A DNA stretch of 64,000 nucleotides from Azolla caroliniana. Taxonomy: Eukaryota; Plantae; Polypodiophyta. Below the pieces are notes generated by a model. That model worked only from the letters and a program-made list of their open reading frames with translations. It was not told the DNA's origin and made no database searches. Of this stretch, positions 13,534-26,320 are shown piece after piece (position 1 is the stretch's first letter; each line of letters opens with the position of its first letter). The translations under genes and the position numbers were made by a program. The stretch lies in contig JBHGNT010000010.1 of the NCBI GenBank assembly GCA_043228905.1, forward strand, positions 744,001-808,000, read 5' to 3'.

Positions 13534-16029
13534 AAAATCCCACTCACTCATTCATTCATTCCATCCATCCTTCATTTTCCTTTCCATTTACGAGGGAGGC
13601 ATCCCCACACACGCACTACCAACAATACATATACATATACATGTCTCTGTCTCTGTCTCCCAACCATCTCTTTTAGGGTATCAGAATCTGTGTAGGTCGG
13701 TCGGTCTGTCCACCATAGATTTTGCAGGCCCATCGGTCCGTGGTGCCATACCTATACATACACACTATGTATGGATTTTGTGGAGGAGGACTTTCTTTCA
13801 CCTTTTCACCACTACCAGAGAGAGAGAGAGAGAGAGAGACAGCCCACAGGCCATTTTCATTTCTCCCTTCTTTTACAAACTGAAACTACTACTACTACTA
13901 CTACGAAGAATGCACCTTGATAGCCTTAGCCGGCCGTCCTATTGGGCGGCAAAAAAGGCCCTTTCTTTGGGCAGCGCTCCGATGAATTTGCCCACCACGT
14001 GTCATCATCCCATCCCATCCTCAATGTCCTTATACACACTTCCGACCAAAACTTATTTATCCTAAGCACACGGCCCTCTCTCTCTCTCTCTCTCTCTCTA
14101 GACGAAGAAGAGAAGAGAGTATCAAATATGTTTGGTCACATGTGGTGATAGTGCCCCAATCATACGTCTCACATTCTTGAAGAAACACGACCTCACTACG
14201 TTGTGGCTGAAAATCAAAAAGTAAAAACTTTTCCCCCCTCTACCTCCGACCCCACCACCACTCTCGTGCCAATGTGGTACCCTCGGTAGGAAAAAACCAT
14301 CCCCAAGTGGACGACATATGACTTCATATATTCGAAACGTTGATTTATACTCACTCGTCTTGTTACACTCTCGGGATTTGTAGAGTTTGTGTTGAATACT
14401 TCAATCAACTCTTTATGATCTTGATATTGGCAGATCCGATATTCCATATATTCTGTTAATTATTACTACAAAAGTTGAATAGGCATTCTTCACTTTCAAC
14501 TAGCATGGAACTCATACTGCATTGGACCTTTTACCTAGTTGTACGTGAATGCATTCCTTTTGATTAATTTAAATACCAACAACGCAGAAATTTACATGCT
14601 TGCAAAATGCGGGACTATTTTCGTAATGTGTTTTAATCTATTGAATAGAAATGCATCTCGCATCAAATCCACTGAAGATAGACAGATGTTACCTTACCCA
14701 AGTTGGATGCAAAGACATTCATATATAAATACTTCCCAGCAACATGAAGTCACATGCCTTAAAGAAGAATATTGCTACAAGATCTACCAACGACTGTACT
14801 CGAATAGGTTTCAAACACCACTAAAGGTTTTTGACATGATTAACAAATCTAACATTGTACACATCATTCCTTTCATGAACCACATATGTTGACACCAATA
14901 AAGTATAACATGGTCTTCAAATGAAAATAAACACCTTGATACTTAGGTACATTCTCGCTATGTTGTTTAAGCATGTCAAATGTCTTACCCAACGTCTTAT
15001 AGGAATGCCCTACTTGAGTCATCGATATGTTACGCCATGACACAACATTGTTCATCAACATGTGCATATGTAGATAATCCACATCTGTTCCCTCCGAGGG
15101 TTGAGTCATAGACACCTATCTAATGCCTATTGGAGTACCAATTGACCCCCAACATTTGTCTAAAACCCATTGAAGTGGCAATTGGGGCTTCACAATTGAT
15201 TGTGTCACATTTCCTACCTACACCAAAAACATATAAGACTAGACTTCTAGGGATGGGATGTACTCCTAAACAAAATCTCAATGTGTGTGTGCATGCGCAC
15301 ACGAGAGGCCTTTTTGCAACAGCACTGTATCATGATATAGGAAAAATGTGGACATGCATGCTTTGCACATCATAATACATATGTTGCACCTAACTAAAAA
15401 ATCATACTTTTTGCTGAACATAGAAACCGCACACACCAATACATGTTATAACCTATCATTGACACACTTCACACATTATGATACATATGCTATTGCACTC
15501 TCATATGTGACATTCAATAGTAAAGTTCTTGATAATTGAGAGTCGCTACTCACTTTCACTTTTTTTTTATGTGAAAATATTATATTTTTGGTCTCATAGA
15601 TCATATTCGACCTCCAAATATGATAACAAAATATATCTACCTATCTTAACATACATCGTCCAAATGCCACTGCATTTCTAAGAATATGTCCAAAATTGTT
15701 AATACAAAGTGGATTGCAAAAAGATGTATTGACGATTTGATGCACACGCAAGATTTGGAGAGATTACACAAAAAATAGCTCGCAAGAAAATGTGAATCCT
15801 CATGCACCAAAAGGAAGCGTGCTTATGATCAAGCAAAATATTGAGATTTATACCATCTCTTCATGAGCAAATATCAGTATCTAGAGATGTATAAGAGAAC
15901 CCCAAAACCTAAAACCCAATCAATGATCCGCAAACTCATGGAATTCTTACCTAAAAAGGTTTTATCATGTCCCTCACCAACCTTCTTTTCTACAATCATC
16001 ATAAACAAGCCTTACTTCCTCCATCTTGT

Positions 16030-16575
16030 TTATCTCATACAAGGTTCATAAGGCCATCTAGTGCCTTCAACAAGGATAAATGTTTGACTACACAAGGCTA
16101 AAAGATGAACATCTCATATATGTGATACACATATTTTACCCTATTACTACAAATGTTCAATAGAGCATTGGTAGAGGGTCATCCCAACATGTGGACCATG
16201 CACACGATTATGCCTATTCATTACTAGTCAACGAACCCCTCTAACCATGGAACTTTTGGACTACCATGATTGGCGGCACACTTACCAATCTTTATGGGGT
16301 TGTTCTTGAAGGAGACATCAACACTTATGCAAGGTTGGATATATATTATCCGTAGAGTACATGGGTTGGAGCCTTCGCTACCATAAACCACATCATTAGA
16401 GTACATGGGTTGGAGAACCAAGGAAGTCTACAAACTATGTGATTGTATGGATAATATTATGTAGATTTCCACAAGGTGTTTGATATTGTACCAACAGAAC
16501 ATCTCTTACAAAGACTCCATGGAGTCAACATTCCCTCCGAGAGGATGTGAGCTATATATGCACTACATGAACAAA
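16030..16575 (+). pseudogene. Degenerate non-LTR (RTE-like) reverse transcriptase fragment
   Basis: Hand translation gives LLQMFNRALVEGHPNMWTMHTIMPIH (~16143) and YVDFHKVFDIVPTEHLLQRL (~16458), resembling the LINE RT motifs 'LFNR..G.P..W...IVPIHK' and 'DF.KAFD'. Stops present. Confidence 0.5.
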
Positions 16576-16624
16576 ATAGCTTGATGAGAAACCCTCCTAC
16601 AAAGACCATGCACTCAAATATGCC

Positions 16625-17013
16625 TATTAAGAATCACGAGATGGATTCTGTGCAGCGGAATAGATATGAATTGTGTGTGTATGAGAGAGAGAGAGAGAGA
16701 CACACACACACGGAGTAAGACACAGAGAATATGCAAGGTACAATATATTAACAAAGGAGAATGACTCAACCTTTTACAAGGTGGGAGGAGGGTGCTTTAT
16801 ATAGTCACCCTCTCTCTTCATTAACTACAAGACTCATGGAGCATGGGGAATGTGAAAGCTCATAAGTTATGTGTCATAAAATATGATTCTATGACTCATA
16901 CTAAATGCTAGAATACAAAGTGGTGACATAATGACGACTCTTGACCGTTGGAGTGTCTATTCACTCTCAAGGTGAGTTCACACACTAGACCAAGTTGAGC
17001 TTGATTCTCAACA
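16625..17013 (-). repeat. 3' LTR of Copia A
   Basis: Direct repeat of 38440..38826; terminal inverted repeat TATTAAGAATC/GATTCTCAACA; abuts the PPT. Confidence 0.92.
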
Positions 17014-17235
17014 CGCCCCCTTAAGCTCAAGTCGGGTCGGTTTCAGACGGTATCCGAAATCCGCTCCGACTCGTGTTTCGGAGTCTGCATCGACTCGCAT
17101 TTATGCGGAGTTGCGGAATCCGTGCTCCAGCTTGCGTTGTGCGTAGTTGTGAAGTCTGTGCTTTGGCTTGCGTTGTCGTGAAGAATGTGCTTCACGATAT
17201 AAAAATGAGCTTAAATATTGTATTTAATAATATTT

Positions 17236-17715
17236 GAGAGACTTAAACCCGCATCCTTATATACGAACTACAATGTACATACCACTAGGCTAGGCTATTT
17301 ATTTGTAAAAGGATTATAAAAAACTGTATATAAGAATGAAGCTATATATTGTATTGAGTAAAATAGAGAGACTTGAACTCTCAACCTTGTATACCAAACA
17401 CAAAGCATACACCACTAAGCTAGGTTAGTTATTGTAAAATGCATTTCATCATTATACTTATCCCATATCTACTTTCATACATAGTCATCATGCATCACAT
17501 GCAATGCATGTGCGCCAAATGGTGATCATGCATTGCATGCATGCAATGCTCCCATACATTACCATATGCATGGCAACACTTATATAAAGAGGGGCAAAGA
17601 AACAAGAGGGAATCATCAAGACAGAGTGAGAAAATAATATAATTATGTAAAGAAGACTAGCTCCTTGGATGGAGAACCTCTCGTTTCGAAGTTGAGGTCG
17701 TGGGTTCAAATCAAG
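17236..17715. other. Three tRNA-like (Pol III A-box/B-box) units in the 3' UTR of Copia A
   Basis: Minus-strand units at 17236..17297 and 17366..17427 (TAGCCTAGTGG / TAGCTTAGTGG; GAGAG-TTCAAGT-CTCTC T-arm). Plus-strand unit at ~17658..17712 (TAGCTCCTTGG ... GGTTCAAATC). No acceptor stems. Confidence 0.55.
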
Positions 17716-18780
17716 GGTCAGTAGAGAATGTGTTCATTTTGCGATCAAGGATTGTAAAGTTGGTAAAATAGTGTCTTTTTAATATACATCATGTTTATAT
17801 CAAATACTCTTGCTTCTTGAATCATACTTTGTCTCAATCTTCCTTCCTAAAATCATACTTTGTCTCTATCTTGCTTCTTGAATCATATATTGTCTCTATC
17901 TTCTATCTATTCTCGTCTCTCTCTCTCTCACATTACTCATAACTCTCCTTCTTGCTATTCTTAACTTTTCTAACAACACCATACAAGCCTTATTAAAATT
18001 TAAGTTCCTTCAACTCCCCTTAACCTTCGTCCCTGCGACTTCGCCGCATGAACCACAACTACTACCCCCACAACGTCTTTCTTCGCGGCTTTGTGCGGTA
18101 GATCGGCTCTTCGCGGCTTCATTGCGCGGTTGCAGAATCCACGCGTTATTGCGTAGTGTCTTCAGTACTCCCCCTCAAGCTTGGCAGGTCAGGGATCGTC
18201 AATCCGAGATCGGTCATGAATTGCCATAGCTTGTCGCCTCCTAAGGCTTTAGTGAAGATGTCGGCCGTTTGAAGATTTGTGCTAATGTGTTGTAGGTCGA
18301 CATCGCCAGTTAGAATGCGCTCTCGGATAAAGTGATAGTGCACTTTGATGTGCTTTGTCCGCGCGTGGAACACCGAGTTCCGAGCCAAATAGATACTGCT
18401 CATATTGTCGCACTAAAGGGAAGTCAGAGCCTTGATGGGTACGCCCAGATCCATGAGTATCCTTTTGAGCCATACAACTTCACATGCGGCAACTGCCACG
18501 CCCCTGTATTCCACCTCTATGCTCGAAAGAGCGACGGTTGGTTGCTTTTTGCTGCTCCAAGATATTGCTTCACTGCTGAGGGAAAAAATAAATCCGGAGG
18601 TTGATCTTCTATCGGCTTTGTAGCCAGCTCAATGGGCGTCTGTGTACCCCTCGAGTCGTATTGGCATCGCGGTCTTGTAGAGGATGCCGCAATCCATTGT
18701 GCCACTCACGTATCATAGAACTCGCTTAGCGCAATCTAAGTGATTATCACGCGGTGTTTGCATGAATTGACTAAGCAGAC

Positions 18781-19569
18781 TGAAGTTAAAATCGTTGCCG
18801 GACACAACCGTTTGTATGTTGTGCGGAATAATAGTCAATCTAATGGAAAGGAAAAACAGAATACATAAACTGAGAATGACACAGATTTTAACATGGAAAC
18901 CCGAACTGGGAAAAAACCACGTGGAGTCCACAAACTCCGAAACAGAACACTATGAGAGAAAGGAATACAATCAGAGATCTCAGAGGCAACGACCTCAAGA
19001 TCCTGCTTCGCCAACAGGCGGCTATGGAGCTCACACGCTTTCACTCCCACTCGTTCACTCTCACAGTTACAAAGGCAACAACCTAACATGATTGCCCTAA
19101 GTACTTATATGCTAATGTAACCTTTCGATTGTTTACAAGTTTTGCCCATGGGGGCATGTTTAGACTATTTACAAACTTAGCCTTCCGTGTTGGCTATCTC
19201 CACAATTTTCGGTTTCTTCTCTCTTCCCATCCGGAGGGACCTATTTCCTAACAAACTCCCCCTTCACTCCGGCATGGGATGTCTTACTAGTCCGATCCGC
19301 TTCCGACATGCATCCAACTTGTCGGGTATCAGTACTTTGGTCAGCATATCTGACCCGTTCTCGGCCGTGTGGATCTTCGTCAACGCGAACTCTCGATCTT
19401 CTACTCGCTCCTGGATCCAGTGATACCTACGCTGGATCTGCTTCGTCTTGGAATGGTACGCTGCGTTCTTAGCAAGGTGGATGGCACTTTGACTGTCGCA
19501 GTAGAGCCAGTATTCTTCTTGCCGGATACTGAGCTCTCCGATGAAGTCCTTCATCCATAATATTTCCTA
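18781..19569 (-). mobile_element. Copia B1: 3' LTR, PPT and RNaseH end, inserted in the RT of A and truncated by the assembly gap
   Basis: LTR TGAAG...CTAACA 18781..19253; PPT (GGAGTGAAGGGGGAG on minus); ORF 19264..19554 YCDSQSAIHLAKNAAYHSKTK...SDMLTK. Confidence 0.88.
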
Positions 19570-19669
19570 NNNNNNNNNNNNNNNNNNNNNNNNNNNNNNN
19601 NNNNNNNNNNNNNNNNNNNNNNNNNNNNNNNNNNNNNNNNNNNNNNNNNNNNNNNNNNNNNNNNNNNNN
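19570..19669. other. Assembly gap (100 N)
   Basis: Run of N. It should contain the 5' part of B1, the middle of A's pol and the 5' LTR of C, all of which are missing. Confidence 0.99.
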
Positions 19670-22600
19670 GGGTTGGGAGCGACGAAGTCCGGAAGACAAA
19701 GGACTCCAGGTTCTGTCCGTTGATGCTAGAAGGCCTCGCCGGCGTACGTTTCAAGAAAGAGGAAGCGGACCGCGCAGATAGACAAGTCCGGGAGGTAACC
19801 GGGTGGAGTGACCCGGTAGAAGAAAAGATAGGCTTCGAAGAAGCCGCATGCCAGAACTACGAGGTTCTGGTGGAAGAGAAGCGTGCGGGAAAGACCGAGG
19901 GGTTGAACCCTCGCAACGGTATGAGACCTGGTTCGGGCCGAGGCAGAATGACGCCGGTGCATCCAGCACACCGAACAAGGCCAAGAAGGCCGGTTACCAG
20001 TTGAGCATAGAGATCGAAAGGACCACGGACCTACTGAAGGTCCTGGAGGAACAGATCCTCTACAGCAAAGTGGAGCTGTCGCTGAGGGAAGTGCTCGGTA
20101 TCGCCAAAAGGGAGTTACACTACTCCATCGTAGACTTGGTGAAGCGGAAGAGGCTTTCGACGGAGCTGGAGCCGGTAGAGGTGCGAACGACGCACCTAGA
20201 AGACATGGCCCTGGAAGACGAGTTGGCGGAAAGCCACTATTCAAGGCTACATTGGGCTAGAGCCACTACGGGACGCCCGTTAAGATCGAAGATGTCCAGG
20301 AGTTGGTGGTGGCGTTGGAAGACCACGGTTCAGAAATCAACTTTTTGTCCATGGACTTTTATAAGAAGGGCAAGTGGCCGATCAACACCAAGCATGGGTG
20401 GAAAATACGAGCGGTGACGCGCGCCACGGAGGAGCTACACGGAGCCTGCCCGAATGTACGAGTGAAAATCGGTGATATCGAGATCGATCAACACTTCTTT
20501 GTGCAGGAGACATCCTCGCGTCCGGTGATACTCGGGGAACCGTACATCACAACGGCACGAATGGAGACGAAGGTGCTTGACAACAGTTAAGCGTACGCGC
20601 GAGTCAAGAGCCAGGACGGGCGTCACTCCGTCCAGTTTCTGACGGTATGACCGAACCATGAAAGAAATTGAGACACCCTCAGCGGCGAAAGCCGAGGGGA
20701 TTTTTAGAGAGGGCTATCAAGGCTTGGGGCCGCGATAGTCCGGACACTCCGGAAAAACCCCACACGTGTACAGTAGGCAGAAGAACTTGTACCATAGGTA
20801 GGAAGTTTTGGTTCTACGATAGCGGAGGTTGAACAATAACCGGTGTCGTTGGCCGGGAGAAGAAGCGGGCAGAAGAGCAACTCAGGCCATGTAGAGTCCT
20901 CGGCCCCAGAGAGGAAATCAACAGAGTCATGAAGGCGGTCTCTTTCGACAACACCTTGGGGAAGCTACGGGAGGTGTTCGGAGAGGACCTTAGTGAAGAC
21001 CGGACGATTCCAGTATGTTCGGAAAAGATGTACGAAGTCATCACCAACTTCGGTAGAGGATTCGAGTCGGATCGGACAGCCCGAGTGGACACGAAGTACA
21101 AGACTGTGGACCGGAAGGTGAGGCCAGTCGCGGCACCCTTGCCGGAGGGGAGCGAGTTACGGATGAAGGGGGTCGCGTCAGACCCAAGTTTACAAGATCC
21201 GGATGGCATAGGACACCAATTCACCGACATAACGCTACGGGAGCTCAAGGTCGGGGGGGGGGGGGGGGGGGGGGTGGCTTTCTACTGCCAGCGGAGGAGA
21301 ACCGGTTTCGGAGAATGCTCGGGAGGCACGGAAAGGGCTTTGCATTCTCGTCGGAGGAGATCGGGTGCGTAGACTCGCCGATTGTGGAACCGATGGTGAT
21401 CTTTACGGTACCGTATGTACCGTGGAATCTCAAACCGATTTCGTTACCCAGAGCTCACATCCCGAAGCTGATGGAGCTGCTGAAACAGAAGGTGGATATG
21501 GGCATCCTCGAACCATCGAGTGCCCCGTATTCTAATCGGTGGTTTACTATGCCCAAGAAGAACGACACATTGCACTTCATTCAGGACCTGCAGCCGCTCA
21601 ACAAGGTGACCATTCGAAACGCAGGAATCGGACCGACCATAGACGAGTTCGCGAAGGCCTTCGACGGAAGGTCAATTTACTCGGTCGGTGATTTGTACTC
21701 AGGATACGATCAGTTCCAGCTAGCCGTGGAGAGCAGGGACATTATGACGATGGAGACTCCCCTCGGCCTAGTACAGATGTGTACCCTTCCGCAAGGAGGG
21801 ACGAATTCGATAGCCCACATGGTGAACACAATGAACAAGGTGCTAAGAGTTCTTAGACGGCATCCCGATCAAAGGATGCCCGGTGGAGGATAAGGACGAG
21901 ACAATCAGACTAGACAAATGCCGGAAACTCGTGTCGGACCACGTCGATGACTGTGAGAAGGTGCTGCGAACACTAGAAGGTGCAAGACTCACCTTCTCTG
22001 GGGAAAAATCGGCCTTTGGGCAATCGGAGATCATGGTCGTCGGACACCTATGCGGGCCATTTGGTCAGAAACCGTCGCCGGCCAAGGTAGAGGCCATCTC
22101 CGCGACGAAGCGCGACTACAATTCTGTCACGGAAGTCCGGAGATTCTTGGGAGCATGCGCGTTCTACCATATCTGGATCCCACATTACGCCCACGTTGCG
22201 GAGCCGCTCTATGGACTGCCGAAGAAAGGGCGTAAATTCGAGTGGAGAGAGGAGCATATAGATTCAGTCCGGAAAATGAAAGAAGCACTTGCTGCGGCAC
22301 CGGCACTCCGGAAAGTGGACTACGGTAAAGACATTCCGATTTATGTGACCGTAGACACGAGTCTGACCGGAATTGGATGGGTGATCAACCAGGAGGATGA
22401 GAACGGCACGAGGTTCCCCATTCGGTTCGGTGCGAAAGTCCTCAGTGAACGACGATGAGGGTACTTCCAGGTTAAACTGCAAACTCTGGGGTATCGTTTC
22501 GGCGGTCAAGGCCGACAAAGACTACCTGATCAGGATGGAGGTGATAATTGAGACGGACTGCCTACCGATTCTCGGTATGGTTTCCAGATGGGCGACGCCG

Positions 22601-22789
22601 GACCTGGCAATGCTCAAGTGGATAGCGTACATCAAGTCCCTGAATTCGGAAATACGACACATTTCCGGAAAAGACAACGCCATGGCCAACATGCTTTCGA
22701 GGGCGAGATTTGATGATGAGGACGACATGGTTTTGGAGGACGAAGAAGTTGGCGTGGACTTGTTCAAGTCGGCTTACATACCAACAAGG

Positions 22790-23514
22790 TGTTGGGATTA
22801 CGGTCCCTCCGGATGGGATGGTCGGATGTCCGGGAATCGGATGATGAATACCCCGGCTACGGAGCCGGATGATGAAGACCCCGGTTACGGAGCCGGATGC
22901 TGAAGACCCCGACTACGGAGCCGGATGCTGAAGACCCCGACTACGGAGCCGGATGCTGAAGACTCCGGCTACGGAGTCGGATGATGAAGACCCCGGCTAC
23001 GGAGCCGGATGCTGAAGACCCCGGTTACGGAGCCGGATGACGAATGTACCCGGAGAGAGATCCGGATGCGGGGACATATTTGTGAATATGTTTGCCAAGA
23101 GCCCTTGAGGCTATATTTGTAAATAGCCCGAAAGTCATATGTGTATAAATATGACTTAGGGCAAACAGTTTAAATGTTGTTGCTCATTTTTATGTTTTCA
23201 GCCGTGAGAGCAAAGTGAGAGCAGCCGAGAGAGAGAGAGAGAGAGAAACGAAGAGGTCGACATCTCTGTGTATCACCGCCGCCTGTGGCGAAGACAGTGA
23301 GCTCAAGGTCGTTGCCTTGTAGCTTCACCATTGTACACCTCTGTTTATAGTGATAGTTGGAGTTTGAGGACTCCCGTGGTTTTTCCCATTTAGGGTTTTC
23401 CACGTAAAACATCCTGTGTACTCCTCTCTCTATTGTCCTCGTGCACTCTGTATTTCCCGTTTTCTGTGAGTTGATCCTATTCCTCGGTTTGTGACCGAGC
23501 GCTGTTTTGCAACA
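22790..23514 (+). mobile_element. Solo LTR F (Copia-type) inserted in the pol of C
   Basis: TG...CA ends, perfect 5-bp TSD CAAGG (22785..22789 / 23515..23519), U5 motif GTGGTTTTTCCC..GGGTTTTCCACG shared with the B LTRs. Confidence 0.88.
22839..23034 (+). repeat. 7 x 28-bp tandem repeat in the U3 of solo LTR F
   Basis: Unit GGATG(A/C)TGAAGACCCCGGCTACGGAGCC. Confidence 0.93.
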
Positions 23515-26320
23515 CAAGGAAGGGGAGCACTCCGGCGCTTAACGAGTTCGACGAGAGCAAGTACGGCGGGGAGTGGCTCCGGATCGGCGGGTTCCTGAAG
23601 ACAATGACACCGACCGTGGCGTGGACGAAGGAAGAGACCTACCGGATTCGGAAGAAAGCGTACCGATTCTTCCTACGAGATGGGTGCATCTGGAAACACC
23701 CGAAGAAGAGAAATGACGTTCCGCTCCGAGTAGTGGCGAAGAATGAGGAACAGGAGAAATTGTTGGCATCGTACCACGAAAGTCCCTGGATTGGGCACCG
23801 CGGGACGGGGGGCACATTCGAGAAGCTAAAGGGGAAGTACTGGTGTCCGGGACTATACTGGGACGTGCATCGGTTCGTGACGGCTTGCGAAAGCTGTGAG
23901 ATGCACTCCATAGTCCAACATCGGGACGAGCTCCACCCGAGCTACCCTCCGATTGTCCACTTCAAGTGGATGGTGGATCTGGTGACGATGCCGATGGGGG
24001 TAGGGCAGATGCGATATCTGGTGTTGGCTCGAGAGGACCTGATGAACCAGGTGGAAGGTCGAGCATTGCCGAACAAAACGACCGCGACCGTGTGTAGATT
24101 TCTGATTGAAGAATTGGTATGCCGGTACGGGTGCGTAGGAAAGATCGTTGCCGACCGCGGAGAATTGGACGCACAAGAGGCTGAGGAGTTAAACTCTCAC
24201 TCACCACGGCATACAATCCGGAGGCGAACAGGAAGGTGGAACGCAGACATGGGCCGATCGTCAAAGCGTTAGTTCAGGCATGTGGAGGCAAAGTCGGGAA
24301 CTGGGCGCGACTCTTAGCCTATGTGTTGTGGGCTGATCGAACTACGCACAGTTCGGGAACCGGGTTCATGCCGGCGGAGCTGATGTACAGGCAGAAGCCG
24401 GTCATGCCAATGGAGTGAACGACCTCCTCATGGGCCACGGTGGACTAGATAAACGAGATGAGCCGGGAGGAGCTGTTAGCGGCGTGGATCTGACAGCTTG
24501 AGCGAAGGCCAGAGGATGTGGAACAAGCCGCGGAAAAGCTACGGGCCACGAGGGTAAAGAACAAGGGACGATTCTATTGGACTCACTAACTAAGGTCGAA
24601 GAAAATCGAGGATGGCGACTGGGTTCTGGTATATGACAACAATCTCGATAACCAACACAAGGCGATGCGGAAGTTCGCAAGGAGGTGGTTCGGGCCTTAC
24701 GTTGTCACGTTGTTACGCGCGTGCGTGGAGAAAGGCGGGACCACGGGGGTCTTGGACTAGGGAGTGATGGAGCGTAGGAAGTCGTGCTTCACCGTTTCCG
24801 GGGCATCCCAGAAGCACACCGGAAGCAACCGAAGGGGGAGAGAGAGAGAGAGAGAGAGAGAGAGTGCGCGCTTAACACCGACTCACGCACACTCACTCAC
24901 ACACACACACACAGGCCAACCCGACTCACACCCTTAAGTACAGGAAGTGCAGGAAAGGGGAAGCACCCGACACCAACGAAGACGCGAATATACACAGACA
25001 GACACAAACGTATATATGTATATAAAAAAAAGAATACATTCCCGGCTTCGAGCCGTTCCAAGGCAGGTTACAGTAGTCGTCAGCTGCCAAGCCGCCGTCG
25101 GGGAGCTCACGGGCTCCTCGCGACGAGCGGGGTCTTGCGCAGGAGATGAGCTGAAGCAAACCCTAAGCGAACACGAAGGAGAAGAAGAAAAAGAAAAAGA
25201 AAAAGAAACTAACTCTAAACCTAATGGTATACCCTCTAATGCAAAATGGGCAACCCTTTCACAAAGGGCGTTCCCTTCCTTTTATAGAACAAGGAAAGGG
25301 ATGGGTTACAATGTGGGACAAATCCCGACTTACATGGGATCGTCTGCCCCGACTTGACCACTCTTCGGCGCCATAAAGGCGCCCTCGATATTCACACTAA
25401 ATGTACATGGGTGCGTACACACGCTGCACCCCGCCGATGTAGCCAATGTTTCCCGATTTCTGCCTCTGGCCGAAATTCTTCACGACATCCGCCCCCACCT
25501 AACTACACGTCCACCGGTACGTGCCAAATCTGGTTGAAGGGTGAGCGATTTCAGCCGGTGAGAAACCGGTCTCCCGTGATCCGCATCTCGGCTCGTTGCC
25601 GGTTTGATCCGTCGGCTCCGAGTCTTCCTTCGCGCTCGCCCCCCCGTACGCTCGTTCGACCCGTCGATGGGTCCTCTACCGTGTAGTACTTCCGTTGGCC
25701 CTTGTTCGGCCGTATGAACGCCCCGCGTCCCGCCGCATGCCCGATGTCCTCCACTTGAGGCATGCCCGTAGTGGCCCGCTTGGCCTCTGTTGTCCAATCG
25801 CGTCGTCCCGATGCCGTCCTATGTCGTTTCGCGTTGCCCTCATCCTTTCGCCGCCACCTTCCTTCTCCATGGTCTTACATCGCCGCGTCGGCTCGAACCG
25901 CCATGGTCTCCGGAATAGTGTGGAGGATCCCTTTCCGGCCTTCTCCGCGCTACCTCCGAACCGCGCAACCTATCTCCGTGCTCGCCTTTCCGCTCCGGCA
26001 CCTCCATGTGCCACATACCCTCGTCCGTTGTTTGGCACTGCCTGTGTCGCACTTCGGTTCATTGCACGCCTTGTCGGCCCCCTTTTTGGCCAGATCGTGC
26101 ATCGCCGCTCACCCGCATACCGGTGTCCTTTGCATCCGAGGAACACCCCGTAGTAGCCCGCTTGGCCCTTCCCGTCTTCGTGCTGCCGCGATAGGTCCTG
26201 AGTCTTCCGCTTGCCGTCATCCCCTCGCCCCCACCAGCTTGTGACCCCGGGCTTGCCGTGTCAGTCTTCGCTACTTCGACGGAGCTACCGAGATCTACGA
26301 AGCGAGTGTGGAGGATCCTC

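Noticed and set aside
13078-14148. ORFs upstream of CHX
   Set aside because: Artefacts of (AG)n, (TG)n and (TACA)n microsatellites; the same applies to 4025..4658, 5847..6300 and 62346..63389.
17236-17427. Functional tRNA genes
   Set aside because: No acceptor stem and degenerate D-arms, so reported only as tRNA-like.
22839-23034. 28-bp palindromic repeats resembling a CRISPR array
   Set aside because: The units are head-to-tail with no spacers, lie inside a TSD-flanked LTR, and there are no cas genes.
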